A stretch of 64,000 bases of DNA from Auanema rhodensis (Eukaryota > Animalia > Nematoda). The stretch is taken from assembly GCA_964057225.1 (NCBI GenBank), contig OZ059900.1, forward strand, positions 24,366,001 through 24,430,000, written 5' to 3'. Shown one piece after another: positions 11,959 through 24,016 of the stretch; position 1 is the first letter of the stretch; each line of letters starts with the position of its first letter. The translations under genes were made by a program, and so were the position numbers. A model generated the notes under the pieces. It had not been told where the DNA came from. It searched no databases and saw nothing but the letters and a program-made list of their open reading frames with translations.

Positions 11959-14900
11959 GTTTTTTTGTCGTGAAAGTGGAACTAGACGTTGTACGAACAA
12001 TTTTGAGCTAGGTTTCATTGACATTGCATGAGTTTGAACACATGAAATCGTAAGTCAAAACCTTGTTTACAGCGAAATTTCCAAAAACTGGTTTTCCAGC
12101 ATAATAAAATATTTCTCATGGGAAATACTGTGTTTTTGTATTTTTCTAGTGTTCAGCATGTAAAATGCTTCATTTTAGTATGTAACACGCTGAAATTCGT
12201 TGCATTTGACGACTCATATGAACAAAAATCGATTTAATCAATATTAGCCATAAGGGGCGTGCCCTCAGAATATGCTAATTTCCTTAATTTTCTAACCCCT
12301 GTTTTTTTGTCGTGAAAGTGGAACTAAACGTTGTACGAACAATTTTGAGCTAGGTTTCATTGACATTGCATGAGTTTGAACACATGAAATCGTAAGTCAA
12401 AACCTTGTTTACAGCGAAATTTCCAAAAACTGGTTTTCCAGCATAATAAAATATTTCTCATGGGAAATACTGTGTTTTTGTATTTTTCTAGTGTTCAGCA
12501 TGTAAAATGCTTCATTTTAGTATGTGACACGCTAAAATTCGTTGCATTTGACGACTCATATGAACAAAAATCGATTTAATCAATATTAGCCATAAGGGGC
12601 GTGCCCTCAGAATATGCTAATTTCCTTAATTTTCTAACCCCTGTTTTTTTGTCGTGAAAGTGGAATTAGACGTTGTAGGAACAATTTTGAGCTAGGTTTC
12701 ATTGACATTGCATGAGTTTGAACACATGAAATCGTAAGTCAAAACCTTGTTTACAGCTAAATTTCCAAAAACTGGTTTTCCAGCATAATAAAATATTTCT
12801 CATGGGAAATACTGTGTTTTTGTATTTTTATAGTGTTCAGCATGTAAAATGCTTCATTTTAGTATGTAACACGCTGAAATTCGTTGCATTTGACGACTCA
12901 TATGAACAAAAATCGATTTAATCAATATTAGCCATAAGGGGCGTGCCCTCAGAATATGCTAATTTCCTTAATTTTCTAACCCCTGTTTTTTTGTCGTGAA
13001 AGTGGAATTAGACGTTGTAGGAACAATTTTGAGCTAGGTTTCATTGACATTGCATGAGTTTGAACACATGAAATCGTAAGTCAAAACCTTGTTTACAGCG
13101 AAATTTCCAAAAACTGGTTTTCCAGCATAATAAAATATTTCTCATGGGAAATACTGTGTTTTTGTATTTTTCTAGGGTTCAGCATGTAAAATGCTTCATT
13201 TTAGTATGTAACACGCTGAAATTCGTTGCATTTGACGACTCATATGAACAAAAATCGATTTAATCAATATTAGCCATAAGGGGCGTGCCCTCAGAATATG
13301 CTAATTTCCTTAATTTTCTAACCCCTGTTTTTTGTCGTGAAAGTGGAACTAGACGTTGTAGGAACAATTTTGAGCTAGGTTTCATTGACATTGCATGAGT
13401 TTGAACACATGAAATCGTAAGTCAAAACCTTGTTTACAGCGAAATTTCCAAAAACTGGTTTTCCAGCATAATAAAATATTTCTCATGGGAAATACTGTGT
13501 TTTTGTATTTTTCTAGTGTTCAGCATGTAAAACACTTCATTTTAGTATGTAACACGCTGAAATTCAATGCATTTGACGAATCATATGAACAAAAATCGAT
13601 TTAATCAATATAAGCCATAGAGGCGTGCCCTCAGAATATGCTAATTTCCTTAATTTTCTAACCCCTGTTTTTTGTCGTGAAAGTGGAACTAGACGTTGTA
13701 GGAACAATTTTGAGCTAGGTTTCATTGACATTGCATGAGTTTGAACACATGAAATCGTAAGTCAAAACCTTGTTTACAGCGAAATTTCCAAAAACTGGTT
13801 TTCCAGCATAATAAAATATTTCTCATGGGAAATACTGTGTTTTTGTATTTTTCTAGTGTTCAGCATGTAAAATACTTCATTTTAGTATGTAACACGCTGA
13901 AATTCGTTGCATTTGACGACTCATATGAACAAAAATCGATTTAATCAATATTAGCCATAAGGGGCGTGCCCTCAGAATGTGCTAATTTCCTTAATTTTCT
14001 AACCCCTGTTTTTTTGTCGTGAAAGTGGAATTAGACGTTGTAGGAACAATTTTGAGCTAGGTTTCATTGACATTGCATGAGTTTGAACACATGAAATCGT
14101 AAGTCAAAACCTTGTTTACAGCGAACTTTCCAAAAACTGGTTTTCCAGCATAATAAAATATTTCTCATGGGAAATACTGTGTTTTTGTATTTTTATAGTG
14201 TTCAGCATGTAAAATGCTTCATTTTAGTATGTAACACCCTGAAATTCGTTTCATTTGACGACTCATATGAACAAAAATCGATTTAATCAATATTAGCCAT
14301 AAGGGGCGTGCCCTCAGAATATGCTAATTTCCTTAATTTTCTAACCCCTGTTTTTTTGTCGTGAAAGTGGAACTAGACGTTGTAGGAACAATTTTGAGCA
14401 AGGTTTCATTGACATTGCATGAGTTTGAACACATGAAATCGTAAGTCAAAACCTTGTTTACAGCGAAATTTCCAAAAACTGGTTTTCCAGCATAATAAAA
14501 TATTTCTCATGGGAAATACTGTGTTTTTGTATTTTTCTAGTGTTCAGCATGTGAAATACTTCATTTTAGTATGTAACACGCTGAAATTCGTTGCATTTGA
14601 CGACTCATATGAACAAAAATCGATTTAATCAATATTAGCCATAAGGGGCGTGCCCTCAGAATATGCTAATTTCCTTAATTTTCTAACCCCTGTTTTTTTG
14701 TCGTGAAAGTGGAATTAGACGTTGTAGGAACAATTTTGAGCTAGGTTTCATTGACATTGCATGAGTTTGAACACATGAAATCGTAAGTCAAAACCTTGTT
14801 TACAGCGAAATTTCCAAAAACTGGTTTTCCAGCATAATAAAATATTTCTCATGGGAAATACTGTGTTTTTGTATTTTTCTAGTGTTCAGCATGTAAAATA

Positions 14901-15033
14901 CTCCATTATAGTATGTAACACGCTGAAATTCGTTGCATTTGACGACTCATATGAACAAAAATCGATTTAATCAATATAAGCCATAAGGGGCGTGCCCTCA
15001 GAATATGCTAATTTCCTTAATTTTCTAACCCCT

Positions 15034-15313
15034 GTTTTTTGTCGTGAAAGTGGAACTAGACGTTGTAGGAACAATTTTGAGCTAGGTTTCATTGACATTG
15101 CATGAGTTCGAACACATGAAATCGTAAGTCAAAACCTTGTTTACAGCGAAATTTCCAAAAACTGTTCAGCATGTAAAATGCTTCATTTTAGTATGTAACA
15201 CGCTAAAATTCGTTGCATTTGACGACTCATATGAACAAAAATCGATTTAATCAATATTAGCCATAAGGGGCGTGCCCTCAGAATATGCTAATTTCCTTAA
15301 TTTTCTAACCCCT
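15034..15313 (+). repeat. Truncated monomer (280 bp) with internal 61-bp deletion
   Basis: The junction reads CCAAAAACTGTTCAGC (TG at 15163-15164) instead of ...ACTGGTTTTCCAG...TAGTGTTCAGC. Confidence 0.97.
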
Positions 15314-18300
15314 GTTTTTTTGTCGTGAAAGTGGAATTAGACGTTGTAGGAACAATTTTGAGCTAGGTTTCATTGACATTGCATGAGTTTGAACACATGA
15401 AATCGTAAGTCAAAACCTTGTTTACAGCGAAATTTCCAAAAACTGGTTTTCCAGCATAATAAAATATTTCTCATGGGAAATACTGTGTTTTTGTATTTTT
15501 ATAGTGTTCAGCATGTAAAATGCTTAATTTTAGTATGTAACACGCTGAAATTCGTTGCATTTGACGACTCATATGAACAAAAATCGATTTAATCAATATA
15601 AGCCATAAGGGGCGTGCCCTCAGAATATGCTAATTTCCTTAATTTTCTAACCCCTGTTTTTTGTCGTGAAAGTGGAACTAGACGTTGTAGGAACAATTTT
15701 GAGCTAGGTTTCATTGACATTGCATGAGTTTGAACACATGAAATCGTAAGTCAAAACCTTGTTTACAGCGAAATTTCCAAAAACTGGTTTTCCAGCATAA
15801 TAAAATATTTCTCATAGGAAATACTGTGTTTTTGTATTTTTCTAGTGTTCAGCATGTAAAATACTTCATTTTAGTATGTAACACGCTGAAATTCGTTGCA
15901 TTTGACGACTCATATGAACAAAAATCGATTTAATCAATATTAGCCATAAGGGGCGTGCCCTCAGAATATGCTAATTTCCTTAATTTTCTAACCCCTGTTT
16001 TTTTGTCGTGAAAGTGGAATTAGACGTTGTAGGAACAATTTTGAGCTAGGTTTCATTGACATTGCATGAGTTTGAACACATGAAATCGTAAGTCAAAACC
16101 TTGTTTACAGCGAAATTTCCAAAAACTGGTTTTCCAGCATAATAAAATATTTCTCATGGGAAATACTGTGTTTTTGTATTTTTCTAGTGTTCAGCATGTA
16201 AAATGCTTCATTTTAGTATGTAACACGCTGAAATTCGTTGCATTTGACGACTCATATGAACAAAAATCGATTTAATCAATATTAGCCATAAGGGGCGTGC
16301 CCTCAGAATATGCTAATTTCCTAAATTTTCTAACCCCTGTTTTTTTGTCGTGAAAGTGGAACTAGACGTTGTAGGAACAATTTTGAGCTAGGTTTCATTG
16401 ACATTGCATGAGTTTGAACACATGAAATCGTAAGTCAAAACCTTGTTTACAGCGAAATTTCCAAAAACTGGTTTTCCAGCATAATAAAATATTTCTCATG
16501 GGAAAAACTGTGTTTTTGTATTTTTCTAGTGTTCAGCTTGTAAAATGCTTCATTTTAGTATGTAACACGCTGAAATTTGTTGCATTTGACGACTCATATG
16601 AACAAAAATCGATTTAATCAATATTAGCCATAAGGGGCGTGCCCTCAGAATATGCTAATTTCCTTAATTTTGTAACCCCTGTTTTTTTGTCGTGAAAGTG
16701 GAACTAGACGTTGTACGAACAATTTTGAGCTAGGTTTCATTGACATTGCATGAGTTTGAACACATGAAATCGTAAGTCAAAACCTTGTTTACAGCGAAAT
16801 TTCCAAAAACTGGTTTTCCAGCATAATAAAATATTTCTCATGGGAAATACTGTGTTTTTGTATTTTTCTAGTGTTCAGCATGTAAAATGCTTCATTTTAG
16901 TATGTAACACGCTAAAATTCGTTGCATTTGACGACTCATATGAACAAAAATCGATTTAATCAATATTAGCCATAAGGGGCGTGCCCTCAGAATATGCTAA
17001 TTTCCTTAATTTTCTAACCCCTGTTTTTTTGTCGTGAAAGTGGAATTAGACGTTGTAGGAACAATTTTGAGCTAGGTTTCATTGACATTGCATGAGTTTG
17101 AGCACATGAAATCGTAAGTCAAAACCTTGTTTACAGCGAAATTTCCAAAAACTGGTTTTCCAGCATAATAAAATATTTCTCATGGGAAATACTGTGTTTT
17201 TGTATTTTTCTAGTGTTCAGCATGTAAAATACTTCATTTTAGTATGTAACACTCTGAAATTCGTTGCATTTGACGACTCATATGAACAAAAATCGATTTA
17301 ATCAATATTAGCCATAAGGGGCGTGCCCTCAGAATGTGCTAATTTCCTTAATTTTCTAACCCCTGTTTTTTTGTCGTGAAAGTGGAATTAGACGTTGTAG
17401 GAACAATTTTGAGCTAGGTTTCATTGACATTGCATGAGTTTGAACACATGAAATCGTAAGTCAAAACCTTGTTTACAGCGAACTTTCCAAAAACTGGTTT
17501 TCCAGCATAATAAAATATTTCTCATGGGAAATACTGTGTTTTTGTATTTTTATAGTGTTCAGCATGTAAAATGCTTCATTTTAGTATGTAACACCCTGAA
17601 ATTCGTTTCATTTGACGACTCATATGAACAAAAATCGATTTAATCAATATTAGCCATAAGGGGCGTGCCCTCAGAATATGCTAATTTCCTTAATTTTCTA
17701 ACCCCTGTTTTTTTGTCGTGAAAGTGGAACTAGACGTTGTAGGAACAATTTTGAGCAAGGTTTCATTGACATTGCATGAGTTTGAACACATGAAATCGTA
17801 AGTCAAAACCTTGTTTACAGCGAAATTTCCAAAAACTGGTTTTCCAGCATAATAAAATATTTCTCATGGGAAATACTGTGTTTTTGTATTTTTCTAGTGT
17901 TCAGCATGTGAAATACTTCATTTTAGTATGTAACACGCTGAAATTCGTTGCATTTGACGACTCATATGAACAAAAATCGATTTAATCAATATTAGCCATA
18001 AGGGGCGTGCCCTCAGAATATGCTAATTTCCTTAATTTTCTAACCCCTGTTTTTTTGTCGTGAAAGTGGAATTAGACGTTGTAGGAACAATTTTGAGCTA
18101 GGTTTCATTGACATTGCATGAGTTTGAACACATGAAATCGTAAGTCAAAACCTTGTTTACAGCGAAATTTCCAAAAACTGGTTTTCCAGCATAATAAAAT
18201 ATTTCTCATGGGAAATACTGTGTTTTTGTATTTTTCTAGTGTTCAGCATGTAAAATACTCCATTATAGTATGTAACACGCTGAAATTCGTTGCATTTGAC

Positions 18301-18390
18301 GACTCATATGAACAAAAATCGATTTAATCAATATAAGCCATAAGGGGCGTGCCCTCAGAATATGCTAATTTCCTTAATTTTCTAACCCCT

Positions 18391-18670
18391 GTTTTTTGTC
18401 GTGAAAGTGGAACTAGACGTTGTAGGAACAATTTTGAGCTAGGTTTCATTGACATTGCATGAGTTCGAACACATGAAATCGTAAGTCAAAACCTTGTTTA
18501 CAGCGAAATTTCCAAAAACTGTTCAGCATGTAAAATGCTTCATTTTAGTATGTAACACGCTAAAATTCGTTGCATTTGACGACTCATATGAACAAAAATC
18601 GATTTAATCAATATTAGCCATAAGGGGCGTGCCCTCAGAATATGCTAATTTCCTTAATTTTCTAACCCCT
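18391..18670 (+). repeat. Truncated monomer (280 bp), same 61-bp deletion
   Basis: Identical junction at 18520-18521, with the same GAGTTCGAAC and GCTAAAA variants. Confidence 0.97.
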
Positions 18671-19694
18671 GTTTTTTTGTCGTGAAAGTGGAATTAGACG
18701 TTGTAGGAACAATTTTGAGCTAGGTTTCATTGACATTGCATGAGTTTGAACACATGAAATCGTAAGTCAAAACCTTGTTTACAGCGAAATTTCCAAAAAC
18801 TGGTTTTCCAGCATAATAAAATATTTCTCATGGGAAATACTGTGTTTTTGTATTTTTATAGTGTTCAGCATGTAAAATGCTTCATTTTAGTATGTAACAC
18901 GCTGAAATTCGTTGCATTTGACGACTCATATGAACAAAAATCGATTTAATCAATATAAGCCATAAGGGGCGTGCCCTCAGAATATGCTAATTTCCTTAAT
19001 TTTCTAACCCCTGTTTTTTGTCGTGAAAGTGGAACTAGACGTTGTAGGAACAATTTTGAGCTAGGTTTCATTGACATTGCATGAGTTTGAACACATGAAA
19101 TCGTAAGTCAAAACCTTGTTTACAGCGAAATTTCCAAAAACTGGTTTTCCAGCATAATAAAATATTTCTCATAGGAAATACTGTGTTTTTGTATTTTTCT
19201 AGTGTTCAGCATGTAAAATACTTCATTTTAGTATGTAACACGCTGAAATTCGTTGCATTTGACGACTCATATGAACAAAAATCGATTTAATCAATATTAG
19301 CCATAAGGGGCGTGCCCTCAGAATATGCTAATTTCCTTAATTTTCTAACCCCTGTTTTTTGTCGTGAAAGTGGAACTAGACGTTGTAGGAACAATTTTGA
19401 GCTAGGTTTCATTGACATTGCATGAGTTTGAACACATGAAATCGTAAGTCAAAACCTTGTTTACAGCGAAATTTCCAAAAACTGGTTTTCCAGCATAATA
19501 AAATATTTCTCATAGGAAATACTGTGTTTTTGTATTTTTCTAGTGTTCAGCATGTAAAATACTTCATTTTAGTATGTAACACGCTGAAATTCGTTGCATT
19601 TGACGACTCATATGAACAAAAATCGATTTAATCAATATTAGCCATAAGGGGCGTGCCCTCAGAATATGCTAATTTCCTTAATTTTCTAACCCCT

Positions 19695-19975
19695 GTTTTT
19701 TTGTCGTGAAAGTGGAATTAGACGTTGTAGGAACAATTTTGAGCTAGGTTTCATTGACATTGCATGAGTTTGAACACATGAAATCGTAAGTCAAAACCTT
19801 GTTTACAGCGAAATTTCCAAAAACTGTTCAGCATGTAAAATGCTTCATTTTAGTATGTAACACGCTAAAATTCGTTGCATTTGACGACTCATATGAACAA
19901 AAATCGATTTAATCAATATTAGCCATAAGGGGCGTGCCCTCAGAATATGCTAATTTCCTTAATTTTCTAACCCCT
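19695..19975 (+). repeat. Truncated monomer (281 bp), same 61-bp deletion on a different 5' haplotype
   Basis: Identical junction at 19825-19826, but the upstream part carries T7, GGAATTAG and GAGTTTGAAC. Confidence 0.95.
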
Positions 19976-21001
19976 GTTTTTTTGTCGTGAAAGTGGAATT
20001 AGACGTTGTAGGAACAATTTTGAGCTAGGTTTCATTGACATTGCATGAGTTTGAACACATGAAATCGTAAGTCAAAACCTTGTTTACAGCGAACTTTCCA
20101 AAAACTGGTTTTCCAGCATAATAAAATATTTCTCATGGGAAATACTGTGTTTTTGTATTTTTATAGTGTTCAGCATGTAAAATGCTTCATTTTAGTATGT
20201 AACACCCTGAAATTCGTTTCATTTGACGACTCATATGAACAAAAATCGATTTAATCAATATTAGCCATAAGGGGCGTGCCCTCAGAATATGCTAATTTCC
20301 TTAATTTTCTAACCCCTGTTTTTTTGTCGTGAAAGTGGAACTAGACGTTGTAGGAACAATTTTGAGCAAGGTTTCATTGACATTGCATGAGTTTGAACAC
20401 ATGAAATCGTAAGTCAAAACCTTGTTTACAGCGAAATTTCCAAAAACTGGTTTTCCAGCATAATAAAATATTTCTCATGGGAAATACTGTGTTTTTGTAT
20501 TTTTCTAGTGTTCAGCATGTGAAATACTTCATTTTAGTATGTAACACGCTGAAATTCGTTGCATTTGACGACTCATATGAACAAAAATCGATTTAATCAA
20601 TATTAGCCATAAGGGGCGTGCCCTCAGAATATGCTAATTTCCTTAATTTTCTAACCCCTGTTTTTTTGTCGTGAAAGTGGAATTAGACGTTGTAGGAACA
20701 ATTTTGAGCTAGGTTTCATTGACATTGCATGAGTTTGAACACATGAAATCGTAAGTCAAAACCTTGTTTACAGCGAAATTTCCAAAAACTGGTTTTCCAG
20801 CATAATAAAATATTTCTCATGGGAAATACTGTGTTTTTGTATTTTTCTAGTGTTCAGCATGTAAAATACTCCATTATAGTATGTAACACGCTGAAATTCG
20901 TTGCATTTGACGACTCATATGAACAAAAATCGATTTAATCAATATAAGCCATAAGGGGCGTGCCCTCAGAATATGCTAATTTCCTTAATTTTCTAACCCC
21001 T

Positions 21002-21281
21002 GTTTTTTGTCGTGAAAGTGGAACTAGACGTTGTAGGAACAATTTTGAGCTAGGTTTCATTGACATTGCATGAGTTCGAACACATGAAATCGTAAGTCAA
21101 AACCTTGTTTACAGCGAAATTTCCAAAAACTGTTCAGCATGTAAAATGCTTCATTTTAGTATGTAACACGCTAAAATTCGTTGCATTTGACGACTCATAT
21201 GAACAAAAATCGATTTAATCAATATTAGCCATAAGGGGCGTGCCCTCAGAATATGCTAATTTCCTTAATTTTCTAACCCCT
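21002..21281 (+). repeat. Truncated monomer (280 bp), same 61-bp deletion
   Basis: Identical junction at 21131-21132. Confidence 0.97.
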
Positions 21282-22648
21282 GTTTTTTTGTCGTGAAAGT
21301 GGAATTAGACGTTGTAGGAACAATTTTGAGCTAGGTTTCATTGACATTGCATGAGTTTGAACACATGAAATCGTAAGTCAAAACCTTGTTTACAGCGAAA
21401 TTTCCAAAAACTGGTTTTCCAGCATAATAAAATATTTCTCATGGGAAATACTGTGTTTTTGTATTTTTATAGTGTTCAGCATGTAAAATGCTTCATTTTA
21501 GTATGTAACACGCTGAAATTCGTTGCATTTGACGACTCATATGAACAAAAATCGATTTAATCAATATAAGCCATAAGGGGCGTGCCCTCAGAATATGCTA
21601 ATTTCCTTAATTTTCTAACCCCTGTTTTTTGTCGTGAAAGTGGAACTAGACGTTGTAGGAACAATTTTGAGCTAGGTTTCATTGACATTGCATGAGTTTG
21701 AACACATGAAATCGTAAGTCAAAACCTTGTTTACAGCGAAATTTCCAAAAACTGGTTTTCCAGCATAATAAAATATTTCTCATAGGAAATACTGTGTTTT
21801 TGTATTTTTCTAGTGTTCAGCATGTAAAATACTTCATTTTAGTATGTAACACGCTGAAATTCGTTGCATTTGACGACTCATATGAACAAAAATCGATTTA
21901 ATCAATATTAGCCATAAGGGGCGTGCCCTCAGAATATGCTAATTTCCTTAATTTTCTAACCCCTGTTTTTTTGTCGTGAAAGTGGAATTAGACGTTGTAG
22001 GAACAATTTTGAGCTAGGTTTCATTGACATTGCATGAGTTTGAACACATGAAATCGTAAGTCAAAACCTTGTTTACAGCGAAATTTCCAAAAACTGGTTT
22101 TCCAGCATAATAAAATATTTCTCATGGGAAATACTGTGTTTTTGTATTTTTCTAGTGTTCAGCATGTAAAATGCTTCATTTTAGTATGTAACACGCTGAA
22201 ATTCGTTGCATTTGACGACTCATATGAACAAAAATCGATTTAATCAATATTAGCCATAAGGGGCGTGCCCTCAGAATATGCTAATTTCCTAAATTTTCTA
22301 ACCCCTGTTTTTTTGTCGTGAAAGTGGAACTAGACGTTGTAGGAACAATTTTGAGCTAGGTTTCATTGACATTGCATGAGTTTGAACACATGAAATCGTA
22401 AGTCAAAACCTTGTTTACAGCGAAATTTCCAAAAACTGGTTTTCCAGCATAATAAAATATTTCTCATGGGAAAAACTGTGTTTTTGTATTTTTCTAGTGT
22501 TCAGCTTGTAAAATGCTTCATTTTAGTATGTAACACGCTGAAATTTGTTGCATTTGACGACTCATATGAACAAAAATCGATTTAATCAATATTAGCCATA
22601 AGGGGCGTGCCCTCAGAATATGCTAATTTCCTTAATTTTCTAACCCCT

Positions 22649-24016
22649 GTTTTTTTGTCGTGAAAGTGGAACTAGACGTTGTACGAACAATTTTGAGCTA
22701 GGTTTCATTGACATTGCATGAGTTTGAACACATGAAATCGTAAGTCAAAACCTTGTTTACAGCGAAATTTCCAAAAACTGGTTTTCCAGCATAATAAAAT
22801 ATTTCTCATGGGAAATACTGTGTTTTTGTATTTTTCTAGTGTTCAGCATGTAAAATGCTTCATTTTAGTATGTAACACGCTAAAATTCGTTGCATTTGAC
22901 GACTCATATGAACAAAAATCGATTTAATCAATATTAGCCATAAGGGGCGTGCCCTCAGAATATGCTAATTTCCTTAATTTTCTAACCCCTGTTTTTTTGT
23001 CGTGAAAGTGGAATTAGACGTTGTAGGAACAATTTTGAGCTAGGTTTCATTGACATTGCATGAGTTTGAGCACATGAAATCGTAAGTCAAAACCTTGTTT
23101 ACAGCGAAATTTCCAAAAACTGGTTTTCCAGCATAATAAAATATTTCTCATGGGAAATACTGTGTTTTTGTATTTTTCTAGTGTTCAGCATGTAAAATAC
23201 TTCATTTTAGTATGTAACACGCTGAAATTCGTTGCATTTGACGACTCATATGAACAAAAATCGATTTAATCAATATTAGCCATAAGGGGCGTGCCCTCAG
23301 AATATGCTAATTTCCTTAATTTTCTAACCCCTGTTTTTTTGTCGTGAAAGTGGAACTAGACGTTGTACGAACAATTTTGAGCTAGGTTTCATTGACATTG
23401 CATGAGTTTGAACACATGAAATCGTAAGTCAAAACCTTGTTTACAGCGAAATTTCCAAAAACTGGTTTTCCAGCATAATAAAATATTTCTCATGGGAAAT
23501 ACTGTGTTTTTGTATTTTTCTAGTGTTCAGCATGTAAAATGCTTCATTTTAGTATGTAACACGCTAAAATTCGTTGCATTTGACGACTCATATGAACAAA
23601 AATCGATTTAATCAATATTAGCCATAAGGGGCGTGCCCTCAGAATATGCTAATTTCCTTAATTTTCTAACCCCTGTTTTTTTGTCGTGAAAGTGGAATTA
23701 GACGTTGTAGGAACAATTTTGAGCTAGGTTTCATTGACATTGCATGAGTTTGAGCACATGAAATCGTAAGTCAAAACCTTGTTTACAGCGAAATTTCCAA
23801 AAACTGGTTTTCCAGCATAATAAAATATTTCTCATGGGAAATACTGTGTTTTTGTATTTTTCTAGTGTTCAGCATGTAAAATACTTCATTTTAGTATGTA
23901 ACACGCTGAAATTCGTTGCATTTGACGACTCATATGAACAAAAATCGATTTAATCAATATTAGCCATAAGGGGCGTGCCCTCAGAATATGCTAATTTCCT
24001 TAATTTTCTAACCCCT
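22649..24016 (+). repeat. Dimer duplication (684-bp period, 2 copies)
   Basis: A TACG+GCTAAAA monomer followed by an AATT+GAGCAC+ATACTT monomer occurs at 22649/22991 and again at 23333/23675. Confidence 0.85.

Larger units (their letters stand above)
14008..23332 (+). repeat. 10-mer higher-order repeat (3357 bp) carrying the 61-bp deletion monomer: two full copies flanking a rearranged 8-monomer copy
   Basis: The same ordered variant series starts at 14008, 17365 and 19976. Deletion monomers at 15034 and 18391 are 3357 bp apart (10x342 - 61 - 2). Confidence 0.88.
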
